Origin: Lophium mytilinum
Lineage: Eukaryota
Reading direction: 5' to 3'
Length of the DNA stretch: 43,366 nucleotides
Assembly (NCBI GenBank): GCA_010093605.1
Contig: MU004188.1
Location: 1,677,673 to 1,721,038 of the forward strand
Shown here: one piece after another, positions 22,705-33,375 of the stretch
Position numbering within the stretch: the stretch's first letter is position 1
How the letters are laid out: each line of letters opens with the position of its first letter
Program-made: the position numbers and the translations under genes
The notes under the pieces: model-generated
Told to the model about the DNA's origin: nothing
Database searches by the model: none
What the model saw: only the letters and a program-made list of their open reading frames with translations

Positions 22705-24165
22705 ATGGCTGGCTTGTTGAAATGGGGGAAGAGTATCCTTCGAAGGGCTCCTTCTCCGCCCATGCGATTTCCCACTACTGGCTTTGAGGTCTTCGCCCCC
22801 TCAGAAATTCTTGATGAGGAGCGATTCGAAGAATTCAAGTCGGGACGGTATTATCCAGTGAACATAGGAGAAATATTTGATTCGAAGTACCAGGTCATCG
22901 GCAAGCTGGGATTTGGCGTTACATCCACAGTATGGCTTGCCCGCGACCTTCAGTCAGTCTTCCCGTCTCCGGCTAGGACCACCCTCCAGGCATGACTAAC
23001 AAACTTTAGAGCGCATCAACACGTGACTCTAAAGGTCTACACACGCGACGAGGATAACAAAGAAGAGTTTGAAATATACAAGCAGTTGAACAAGGGCGAC
23101 TCATCTCATCCAGGGTATGCCCACGTCAGGACAGCCTTGGACATTTTCACCATACATCGCTCCGGCGGGGACCACCAATGCCTCGTTCAGAAACCCATGT
23201 GGGAAAGCTTCAGGGACCTCCTTTACCGGAATCCCGCGCATCGATTCACAGAAGAGCTCCTCAGGACAGGTCTCATGCAAGTGTTCCTTGCACTTGACTA
23301 TTTACACACAGAATGCAAGCTTGTCCACACAGGTATGAAAGCTTTCCACACTTGCCAGTAGTGGACACTGACATTCAGATTGCTAGACGTCAAAGGTGAC
23401 AACATTCTTCAAGAGATAGCCGATAAGTCAATTCTTGATGCTTTTACCAAAGCCGAACTTCAGCAACCTTCACCACGAAAGTTCTTCAACGATGCACCAA
23501 TATATGCATCACGGCGTTTCGAGCTTCCAAAAAAGTTCGGCGTGGCTGTTCTCAGTGACTTCGGGTCTGCTGTACGCGGAGACGAGAAGAGAAATCACGA
23601 TGCGCAACCCAACGTGTATAGGTCACCGGAGGTGATGCTCAAGGCAGAATGGAGTTACCCCATCGACATCTGGAACGTAGGTTGTATGGTACGTCCCGTC
23701 TTTACTACTCTGGAGTTACTACCAGCCTGAACTCGCTGACCGTCAACGACTAGGTCTGGGACTTGTTCGAAGGCAAGCACCTATTCCATGGATACGACCT
23801 TGGACATAAGCAATACGCAACTCGTACCCATCTTTCCGAAGTGATCGGCTTGCTAGGACCACCACCAGTAGATCTGATTAATCGCGGCACACGAAGCCCA
23901 GAATTCTTCACAGAGGATGGTACGTTTGATAAACACTTTGTGATACGGTTGTAAATTCATTTTCTCATGCTTGGCAGGACAATGGAAAGCGGACGTGGAG
24001 ATCCCGGGAGACACGAGCCTAGAGAAATCGGAAGAATATCTCGACGGGAAGAATAAGGAAATGTTTCTCAAGTTCATGAGAAAGATGTTGCAATGGCGAC
24101 CAGAGGACAGACAGACAGCCAAACAATTGCTCAAAGATCCATGGCTCAACGACCAAGTTGAGTAG
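22705..24165 (+). CDS. SRPK-like (CMGC) Ser/Thr protein kinase (exons 22705-22952, 23010-23332, 23387-23688, 23754-23919, 23978-24165)
   Basis: YYPVNIGE..KLGFGVTSTVWLARD, VTLKVY, HTDVKGDN, DFG, QPNVYRSPEV, IDIWNVG and WRPEDRQTA motifs; four GT-AG introns keep the frame. Confidence 0.92.
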
Positions 24166-24318
24166 AAAGCATGGCTAGGTTCAGCTAATGTTTTTGCTTC
24201 AATGTGTCCTCCAAGTAGTGCTGTATAGTAATAGTATTCTCCGACAACAACCCCATTCAAGGTAAATAAAACGATAAATAGAGGTCTAGTTATAAGCTTT
24301 CTATATCTCAACAGCTAT

Positions 24319-25150
24319 CTATAAATAGATATAGCAGAAGGGGCCGGATGTCGTGCTCATCAGATCGCGCATAGTGACCTGTGGGCCGGCGGCATAGCCA
24401 AGGTCTATAACAGTATCAAGTGTGGTGTTCGCAGATGGAGGAGAGTCCAGGAAAGTTCCAGTCCCTGAGATACCCTGTGCACCAGTCCGTTTCCGAACAT
24501 CCAAGGTTTGCCAGATCCACCAAGTGCGATCAATCATTCCATAATGCAGATAAAAAACGTCATCGCCAGGGGAGACAAACAAGTCACGGCCTGGGTCACC
24601 TTTGATTGTATAGTGCCCTGGGAAAATTAGGGTCGGAAACTCGGAATCAGACGTAGGTTTCAAGACTCACCACCACCGTGAACACCAATGTTTCCGCTAC
24701 CAGGGTAGCCTTGCATGGTCATCTGAAAATCGTACACATCCTTTGGCTTGAGAATTTGGTTGACGACGGCGGTCGCGTTCGCATACTTCTGGTTGATAGC
24801 GGTGGTGAGGTCGCGCTTTAGACAGCGAGGGTTGTACGACAGACCATCTCCGTTCGATACGGTCGTCCCATCGGTCAATCCAAGAGAAACTGGTCTTAGG
24901 TTCACCGTCATGTCTTTGAAAGGCTCACTTGCATCCGCCTCCCGACCCGTGAGGAAGATCTATCTCCGGCAGGCCATTTCCACCGAGGACAACGTCGCCT
25001 TGACCGGCGACATAAGCGCCGTTGCCGGACATGGACGTGTCCGATCCATCAAAGATGGCAGACGATTCAACACTTGTCTGAGCGGTCTTGGCCAGTTCTA
25101 GTATGGCTGAGTACCACCAATCCACACTCATTGCGCAATGCCTGCTCATA
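24319..25150 (-). pseudogene. Tyrosinase-like (type-3 copper) pseudogene, 5'-truncated
   Basis: YEQALRNECG/GTQPY*NW with a TAG in place of Trp and frameshifts; a frameshift at GGGC/PFKDMTVNL (~24925); YNPRCLKRD; spliced HGGGHY..SPGD-DVFYLHYGMIDR. No CuA half or signal peptide upstream. Confidence 0.85.
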
Positions 25151-25280
25151 TCACCACGTGCGGGCCCCGAGACCCGGGGACCGCCCTGTGAATCCAGGTT
25201 ATTCAACACACACGCTGATCTGTCGCTTTTCGAGCTTTCCACAACACATCCTCACTCAATTTCAAGTTGTTGTCGTTGCT

Positions 25281-27029
25281 ATGGCCACTCCACCAATCCC
25301 CAACTATCCCAATGAGAATGCAGGACCCACCATTCTTGCAACATGCGGAACAGTGACTGCGCTGGCATTGATCACCCTTGCTATTCGACTGTTCGTGCGC
25401 ATAAGGATGATTCGGAATGTAGGATGGGATGTAAGTGTCGCTGGCGACCGCCTCAAATTGTGAAGTCTCCTACTAACTAAGCTCAAGGACTACACCATGA
25501 TCGTGGCAGTGGCATTGTGCATCACGGGATTCTTCCACATTGTAGGACGCCGTTAATATGTGCAAACCAGCAATCCACTCACCTGTCGACAGGTACCGGA
25601 AGTCGCTTATGGTGCTGGCAAGCATATCAATCATATTGATCCCGCAGATTTCCGCCGCGGTCTCAAATTGAACTTCATAACTCAGCCAATCTACTTGTGG
25701 GCAATCTGCATGGTCAAGATGTCAATTGGCTTCTTCCTTCTTCGAGTTGCAGCTACAAGCTTCTTTAGACGAGTAATCATTAGCATCATGGGTATGTTTG
25801 AAGGGCCCACATACGAGTGGCAGATTGCTAATTGGCAAAGTCTTCATGCTGGTATATACTCTAGTGTCTTTCTTCGTAAGTGAAACTAGTTCTTGTTGCT
25901 TAGCTTCATGTGTGTCTTTCACTAATTTGTACAAACTCACACAATTTGCTAACGGCGAGGAAATAGACCATCGTGCTTCAATGCACAAACATCCAAGTGA
26001 TGTGGGATCCCACAGTCGAATCAAAGTGTTTTGCGCCAACCACGCTTAGAGTTTTGAGTTACACCAATGTTTGTACGTTGCTCCGACGAAATCAGCGGAT
26101 GGGCCGATACATCATACTGATATAGATTGTCCAGCACTGAACATCCTAACCGATTTCATGTTTTCCATCTTCATCCCTGTAAGTGAGTCCTTAAGATTTT
26201 AAAGACTATGGCTGATACGGAACACAGATCCCGATGTTATGGTAATAAACCTTGTGTTGGACGACTGGGAAGAATATTTGCTGACTGCTGGGTCAGGCAC
26301 GTTCAAATGAACACGAAAACGAAGAGCTCTATTATTGGAATCCTGGCTTTAGGCATTTTGTAAGAGATTTCGTTTCTATCTTACGCTGTGCGCAATTGCT
26401 AATCCCATGTGCTACCGCTTAGTGCTACTATTGCCGCAATTGTCAAGACGAGCTACCTCCCAATGTACGGCCTCCACGGAGACTTGCTTTGGGATTCTCG
26501 AAACCTAACGATCTGGATCGTGTACGTTGCTCGCCCTTCTTCCCAAACTATGTTCAATAGCGTCTGATTGAACAAATCACACAGCATCGAATCTTGCATC
26601 GGCATCGTAGCAGGTAATCTTCCATGCATGAAACCTCTTTTCAAGCACGTGCTGGGCAGCACCTATGGCCGCAGCTCGGCCAACCGCTCCTCAGGTCTTC
26701 AGTATTACCGGAGCGGATATGGAGGAGGCACTGGCCTTTCAGCCAAGAACTACAACTCACTGGAGTCTCGCATGACAAAGGATGGGGTAGTGGTGGGGCC
26801 AGATGCAAACGGCGACAACGAAGCACACATGATGACGCGGATCACGGCGCGGAGCAAGTCTACGACTAGCCTGGATAATCAGAGCCATACGAGTGACGAC
26901 AGCATTACACGGTTGGAGGGCAGACGGTTTGGCATCACTAAAACAACTACCACCAAGGTTCTGTCCACCAAAAAGTCAGAGGGTAAAGAGGAGGTGGCCC
27001 CCGAGAGGAAGGAAACACACCTAGTATAG
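25281..27029 (+). CDS. PTH11-like rhodopsin-domain integral membrane protein, 10 exons, no CFEM domain
   Basis: IRLFVR..GWDDY, YGAGKH, VKMSIGFFLLR, LQC..W, NILTDF..IPIPMLWHVQM, IW..IESCIGIVAGNLPCMKPL. Nine GT-AG introns are frame-consistent, including a 14-nt exon at 26228-26241. Confidence 0.9.
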
Positions 27030-27800
27030 TGTCGATGTACGAGCACTGATTGATGTCTCCTGTAGATGGATGTCTATGTCAAGGCGAGTTGCAATCTCTG
27101 CAACACGGAGAGCTTAGTTCATCAACTCCTCTATTCGACCCTGCATCATCGCCTCGCAACACTGCCTCATGTTGTAGAGTTTGTGCTACCCGTCCCATTC
27201 AAAGTGTGCAGGAACATTCATTTGGCCTATAGCCTGCGAGCAAACGCTTAGCGGTGGATCGGCTCGGGTTGCTTGCTTACGGCGGCATGTAGTGAAACGA
27301 TCCTGTGTCAGGATGTATATCGAAACCATCTCCAGGGTTTCTCGTAAATCGTGAAAGAATCGCAGTGAGGTACTCTTTTGCGTCGCTCGAGCGCTTCAAG
27401 CTAGAAAGTAGACGCCTACTAGCAGTAGATTAGTGTATATCAATTTATGCAGACGGTATCAAGATACGGCTCTCCAAAGTCACGATCTGTTGGAAGACTA
27501 TTCCCAGCGCCTGCAAAATAAGAGATTGAACACTTCCATACCCTAATCGAATTCAAAGCGTAGAACGAACAAAACTTTAGGGGCATTTCTTAGATTCTCA
27601 GAACGCCCTCCGATCTCGTCGAGGAACAATTGAACAATATGGAGGTGTTCCCTTTAATAGGCAAAGACGATACATGGACAAGTACAACGACTGGATGAAC
27701 TGGCTGATGTGACCTGGCAATGGATTGGCACGCCATCCAGGACATTAAGGGGGAAACTGAGTCGTTGTGTACTCCTATGCCATTACTCAAATCGGTGCTA
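27030..27800 (-). pseudogene. Possible degraded gene remnant
   Basis: Protein-like stretches on the minus strand broken by single stops (FEWDG*HKLYNMRQCCEAMMQGRIEELMN*ALRVAEIATRLD; EHLHIVQLFLDEIG). No family recognised. Confidence 0.3.
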
Positions 27801-28191
27801 GCTTAGAATAAACAGCTCAGTCATGACTTAGGGCCCCTATAAAGCTTTTGCGGGTATACGAGTATGTAGTATTCCGGCGGTCAATTAGCGTAGCGTGGCT
27901 TGTGAAACGAGGGCGTTGTCGAAGTGTTCAGATGGGGCATCCTCTGCGGTTGCTGAGGTCAGGTACTTGTCGGGCTGAAGTATCTCGATCCGTTTTCAGT
28001 CTAGCGCATCATTCCTGCAGTCAGGTCAGCTGGCTAGCTTTGCCCCCGGATAGATGCTCAACTTGTCAGCAATGCTTGTTCAACCGCTTAACCCTCTTCG
28101 TGCCCTGATAGGTGCGCTCTGCTCGACCCGAGGCGGAATGGCGCGTCAAAGTTACAGTAGAGCCGCATTTCCTTTCAACTCCGCATGATTG

Positions 28192-28784
28192 CGATAATAG
28201 TCTACAATGCTGGTAAATAACCCCTATATAGTCTTCAATGCTTGCAAAACGCCACCTTCAACACCGGCGCTTCGCTCTAAGCTAAAAGCAGCTGGAGCTT
28301 TAAGCACCTATGTCTATGCAGCGTTTTGCAAGCATATATAACTTACCTAGCTTTATATAGAGCTACTTAAACATTACGTAACCTAAAGGTAATAGAAGTA
28401 AATATTTAAGGCACGCGCAGACAATACCCATCTAAGGTGGAACTAGGTTAGGTATTATTCTTGCGTGCTAGTAAGGTATATAAGAGGGAGAGAAGAGGGT
28501 TAGAGTGCGGCTAAGTATTATATTATAGTATTATTGCTCTAATAATAGCATTAGCATATACCGGGCACGGGGCTGCCCCCTTATCTTCTATTATTACCTA
28601 CCCTCTCTTCCTCTATCTTGCACCTTACAGGTAACTCTGCGTAAGTTATACACGCCTATAAAACGCTGCATAGGTAAGGGTCGCTTAAAGCTACAGCTAT
28701 TTTAGCTTAGTGTAGCCCTGGTGGCGTTTTGCAAGCATTAAAGACTATATAGGGTATATTTACTAGCATTATAGACTATTGTCG
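28192..28784. mobile_element. Non-autonomous Mutator-like (MULE) MITE, 593 bp
   Basis: Imperfect ~150-bp TIRs (CGATAATAGTCTACAATGC.. and ..GCATTATAGACTATTGTCG); exact 9-bp TSD GCATGATTG at 28183-28191 and 28785-28793; RIP-like interior. Confidence 0.88.
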
Positions 28785-29233
28785 GCATGATTGTAGTACT
28801 AGCGGCAGCTCCGCTTATCTTAACTTGGAGCCAAATGCTCGATCTTGATGTCCCTTTCCGGCCAATGGGCCATTGAACGTGACAAACTGGCCCCCATGGT
28901 GCCTTTCCAACGTTGTTCTGACTGGACGTCCAGCAAACCTTTTGTGGAATCAAATCTTGGAACTCGAGGACTTCGCATGGCCCTGCGAGAAGCACAACAG
29001 CTGGACGGGTCGATGATGTTTCGAGACGATATAAAATCTTGAGAGGCACCTAGGGGAATTCTTCTTCAGTATCCACCAGACTCCAATCCTCCATCCGCTT
29101 ACCAGGTGCAAAGTCTTTCTTTCAAATTTCCCTGCTACCTGCATCAAGTACTTTACGGTCTTTACCTCTCTATACTTTCATTCCACGCACCTCGACGGAC
29201 ACGCCAAGGACCTTATACACCACGACAAACACC

Positions 29234-29875
29234 ATGCAACTCTCCCATTTCACCATCCTCGCCGGAGCTCTCCTCGCCTCCGCTAGTCCTCTCCAAAGCG
29301 GCCTCTTGGGCGGCCTCGTCGCTCGTGGGCGTGATTGTTTGCCTTCCGACTGCAGCCCACACTACGAATACACCAACGACTGGGAGTACGACTGGAAGTC
29401 GCCCTTCCAGCTTATCCACGGCGCCACCTGCCAGTCCACGCCAGATCTCCCGTGCTCCATATCTGCCGGCTACGAATACAGCGTGACCAACGGCTTCAGC
29501 GTCGGCGCAGATCTTGGCATGACCTTTGACGAAGTTATCGGCGCGGGATTGTCCGTGGAGGTGACGCACGAGGAGACGACCTCCATCACGTCTCAGGTGC
29601 AGGTGTCATGCCCTGTTAACGCCCAATGTGGAGCCATGCACCAGGATGCCATCACCATAGTTGGCGGTACGCGCAACCAGTACACTTATTGCACTGCCGA
29701 ATGTGGCGGTAACAGCAAGGGTCCAACCGCCACGGACAATTACACTGCTACGATGGTCAAAACGGGCGACAGCGGAGCGCCCGTGAGCGAGATCCTTATC
29801 TGCATTTGCCCGGAGTCGCCCTTCATTCCGGAAGGGATTTACGTCTGCCCAGAACTTTGTTCCAGTTCGACCTAG
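29234..29875 (+). CDS. Secreted Cys-rich protein (213 aa, 12 Cys), effector candidate
   Basis: Signal peptide MQLSHFTILAGALLASA, short pro-region ending in AR/GR, single exon, GC3-rich codons, TATAAAA near 29030. Confidence 0.85.
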   Translation: MQLSHFTILAGALLASASPLQSGLLGGLVARGRDCLPSDCSPHYEYTNDWEYDWKSPFQLIHGATCQSTPDLPCSISAGYEYSVTNGFSVGADLGMTFDEVIGAGLSVEVTHEETTSITSQVQVSCPVNAQCGAMHQDAITIVGGTRNQYTYCTAECGGNSKGPTATDNYTATMVKTGDSGAPVSEILICICPESPFIPEGIYVCPELCSSST

Positions 29876-31663
29876 TCGAGGTTTGGCCTAGTCGAATAAC
29901 ATGGACTCCAGTGGGTGGGTGTAGATCTTTCGAAAGCTCCGAGCTCTTTCCCCTTCTTATCCCTTGTACTGAATTGTTTGCTTCTGTACTTGGATCTTTT
30001 GATTAGTCTGATTTTGTACATATTCTAATAACCCTATCTGAGCTTCTCCATACTCTTGGTCTGCTGTCGTGCTTAACTGGCGTGAGCGTAACTGAGCGAA
30101 GCGGCAAGATTGAAGAAATTCGAGCAAAGGATGTCAAATTCAGATGCCCTTGTTTTCTAGAAGTTCGGAACAATGCTCACCTTTAAACACTCCATTTTAG
30201 CATCTCACGGCAGCTTGCTTGCAGCTTGTCAAGCTTCGAGCCACTTGTTCCATTGCCATCCCGAGCACTTTCATGCGCCAAACGGCGCACAGAGCTCTGG
30301 CATCCCTCGGCACGTCGCTGTGCGATAGTCGCCGCCTAGCTTGTCAGAGCTTATTTCGTCAAGTATGGTTGATGTACAATTTGGGAGTCTAGAATCTCAC
30401 GACCAGCCATTTCAGGCATTGCGGTAGGCCCGCGAACTCGGGGTACATCTCGCATCAAGCTCTTTAGGATGCGCTCTCTCTTACATCTCTACGTGCCAGG
30501 AGGCAACGTGTGTCGCCCAATTTCTTGGGAGCCCCAGCGCATCCAACACTGGTCGAATTCTTCCTCGACGATCTGAAGCTACAATCTCAGGTTCTCGTAT
30601 GGGCGACGGAGAAGCTTCTTCATTACCCGCGCTAAACGGCTCAGATTAGGGGCGGGGGAAACGACGTCTTTTAGTAAGTTTGTAGCAACGAGTTGCTAGT
30701 CCCTTCCCACGGTATACTAGAGAGGGGTGTACTACCACTGCGCACACCTCAAACTCCGTAGCCTATGGATTGAATTGGAGGTCTTCAAAGGGTTGGGGAA
30801 GAATGAGGTACTGAGATTCGGTCATCCCAACGAAACCCAGTCAAATCCACATTGCACGGGGTGATGGACGCGGTGGCGACCAGGGTCTTTACTCTCTTGT
30901 TGATATAGCGCCGAGAATTGGGTCCGAAATCCGTTGAGATGTACGAAGTCGAGCGAGGGAAAGTTCTGGAGCCCTGGGGATTGGGTAGAGGAAAATGGCG
31001 TTGCGGAGGAGAGGATGAGAGTTGCGCATAGTCGATTGACGTCGTTGCGTTAGCGTGCCTTGAAGAGTCTAGCTGCGTTTACTTGGCTCGTGCGCCTGTC
31101 GACTCCTCACCAACACCATTGCTCTTCTTTTTTGACTCTTAAGATGCCACCACATCATACCGAGTGTGTAAGCCAAGCTTGCGGTCGGTGATAGTGAGTG
31201 ATAGCAGGATTGGCAACGACGAGGGCGTGCAGACAAATCTAATGGATGGCACGACCGACTTGCGCCCGCAGTAACCTCGTATCATTTTCTCTTCTTGACT
31301 CTGGCAGTACCGGAGACTTCTTGCTATGCCTCAAAAATCAAAATGAACAATTAAGGTTGCAGGCTACAGGAGCCAAAGTTGTTCTGATTCATGTCTCAAT
31401 GAGAATTAGGGGAAGCTTTAGTAAACACCTACCTTTTCTAAAACTCGTTACTACTGCCTTTTCTCATTCTTTCTACCTTTTAGAACTTCCAAAGATTGCC
31501 TTTTTCTCATCGTTACTACCTTCCAGGTCTTCCCAAAATTGACCTAGTCTCGATCCAAAACACTGTGAACAAAATGTGAATTTACATCATCCAATTTCAA
31601 AAATTCAATGCCAGTCCAGTCTGTTGGTAGAGCCACCAAATTTAATATTCCAGGGCCATTATC

Positions 31664-32422
31664 CTACTCCTCTACCCTAGACGCCAGTTTCTGAACTATC
31701 TTCACAATAACTTCCGGCTGGCTCAAGAAGGGCGAATGACCCGAGCTACATTTTTCCTTCTGGAAAATGGCACCGGTACCTTCGACCTTGCCCACCATCA
31801 TCTCCTGGATCTGGATCGGGAGTGCCTGATCGTTTTCGCAGAAAAGATACGTCGAGGGATGAGCCATATACGAAACTTGAGTGATGCGTGTCAACTGGGC
31901 GATAGCCGGAGACTCAACCAATTCTTCCACCCAAAAGCGTTGCTCCGCCTCTCCCAAATCGTTGTAGAATCGCTGGCCTGGCTCAAGCATGGTACACATG
32001 CCGTGGATTTTGACGGGGATGAACGGAGGGAGATGATCCGGATCACCTAAAGCTGAGCCTAGACTTTCTCCTAGCGGTAGCACGAATGCAGAAACGAAAA
32101 GGAGATGAATCACGCCTCCAAGCATCCCGTGCACCTCACGCTCCCTGCGCGAAAACTTAGAGTCCACGGCTTGCGAAATCACCACCCCGCCGTATGAGTG
32201 CCCGATCACGATCACGCTCTTGCCCTCCTCCTCTATGAGTGTCATCAACTCTTCTCGAATTGCCTGGGCGTCTTCCATCAGCCCTATTGGTGGCGGCTTT
32301 CCGAGAGACGGCTGTCGCGGACATGAAGACGGGAATCCGGCAATTTCTAGAGCTTCGAGTAGTCGTTGATAAGGCTTCGGTGAGTGCCATGCGCCATGGA
32401 CAAAGAGAATAGTGGGAGCCAT
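31664..32422 (-). CDS. Alpha/beta hydrolase (Abhydrolase_6 / methylesterase-like)
   Basis: FVHGAWH oxyanion motif, GHSYGG nucleophile elbow, acid in CENDQA and His in GHSPFLSQP. Confidence 0.92.
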   Translation of the reverse strand: MAPTILFVHGAWHSPKPYQRLLEALEIAGFPSSCPRQPSLGKPPPIGLMEDAQAIREELMTLIEEEGKSVIVIGHSYGGVVISQAVDSKFSRREREVHGMLGGVIHLLFVSAFVLPLGESLGSALGDPDHLPPFIPVKIHGMCTMLEPGQRFYNDLGEAEQRFWVEELVESPAIAQLTRITQVSYMAHPSTYLFCENDQALPIQIQEMMVGKVEGTGAIFQKEKCSSGHSPFLSQPEVIVKIVQKLASRVEE

Positions 32423-32796
32423 TGAGGTGGCATGAATATTAAGTAGCGAGAAAGATATTCCTCAGCGGGAGACCAACGACGTTTACATATAAATGGTATT
32501 ATGCGAACTAGCAATAACGTCAGCCGCTAGGCAATGGTTTTGAACTATAACCCCGCGTCGTCAAATTTACTAACCTTATGCCAGCTAGATAGGACACCGA
32601 GTCCAAGTATATGTGAGAAATTGAGATGCAACTAGGAATCTAATACTTACTGGGCCTAGCCGGGCTTACCGACTGCATTAGGTATACGCTCATTGACCGC
32701 AACAAAGCTATGTGTACAATTGTATATTAGCATTCATACATAAGCTCCAGGTATAGAGAGGTTTTGACGACCTATATATAGGTATAATAATTTGTA

Positions 32797-33020
32797 CTAG
32801 CACAGTAGGCGAAGCACGCGAGTGTAGTCTAGCAAAATAAGACCGACCTATTTCTATTAAAAATAGGCCGAATTCATCGGAAAAGGTCGTGCATGCATGA
32901 AAGAGGCCTCAAACTTCAGAGCCAGTCTCTTTTCAGTGTCAATTCAGCGCTAGTTGCCGTATTATTAAGGTTAAATTTATATACCTAGACTACACTTGCG
33001 TGCTTTACCTACTATGCTGG
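32797..33020. mobile_element. MITE-like element with ~36-bp inverted repeats
   Basis: CTAGCACAGTAGGCGAAGCACGCGAGTGTAGTCTAG versus its inverted copy ending at 33020, differing only by C/T and G/A changes. No clear TSD. Confidence 0.6.
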
Positions 33021-33194
33021 CCCTAGCTAAGCTCCTTTATTATCTTAAGTATAAACCTATTTATCTATAAAAAGATATATAGAACTAGTTATCTTATACC
33101 TATATCTAAAAACTATTTAAAAGTAATATTTAGTAAAGATATATATAGATTTAGTTATACTTATAAAAAGTAAGACTAGTAGCCTACCCTTTAG

Positions 33195-33375
33195 TATTAA
33201 AGGTATAGAGCTAATATAAGAATAAATAGATAGATATATAGAAATTATATTACTTAAGTTCTATTCTATATTAATAGTAATAGAGTTATATATATACTAT
33301 ATTTATACTATAAAATACTTCTTTAATATATATTATATTATATTATAATACTTATAGTTTTATTCTATAAGAATA
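33195..33375 (-). mobile_element. Partial solo copia LTR of the same family as 13725-19186
   Basis: TATTAAAGGTATAGAG..AAGTTCTATTCTATATTAATAGTAATAGAGTT matches the LTR. Confidence 0.75.

Noticed and set aside
30100..31542. Possible gene or pseudogene between the secreted protein and the hydrolase
   Set aside because: Only short interrupted frames, with no recognisable motif or splice model.
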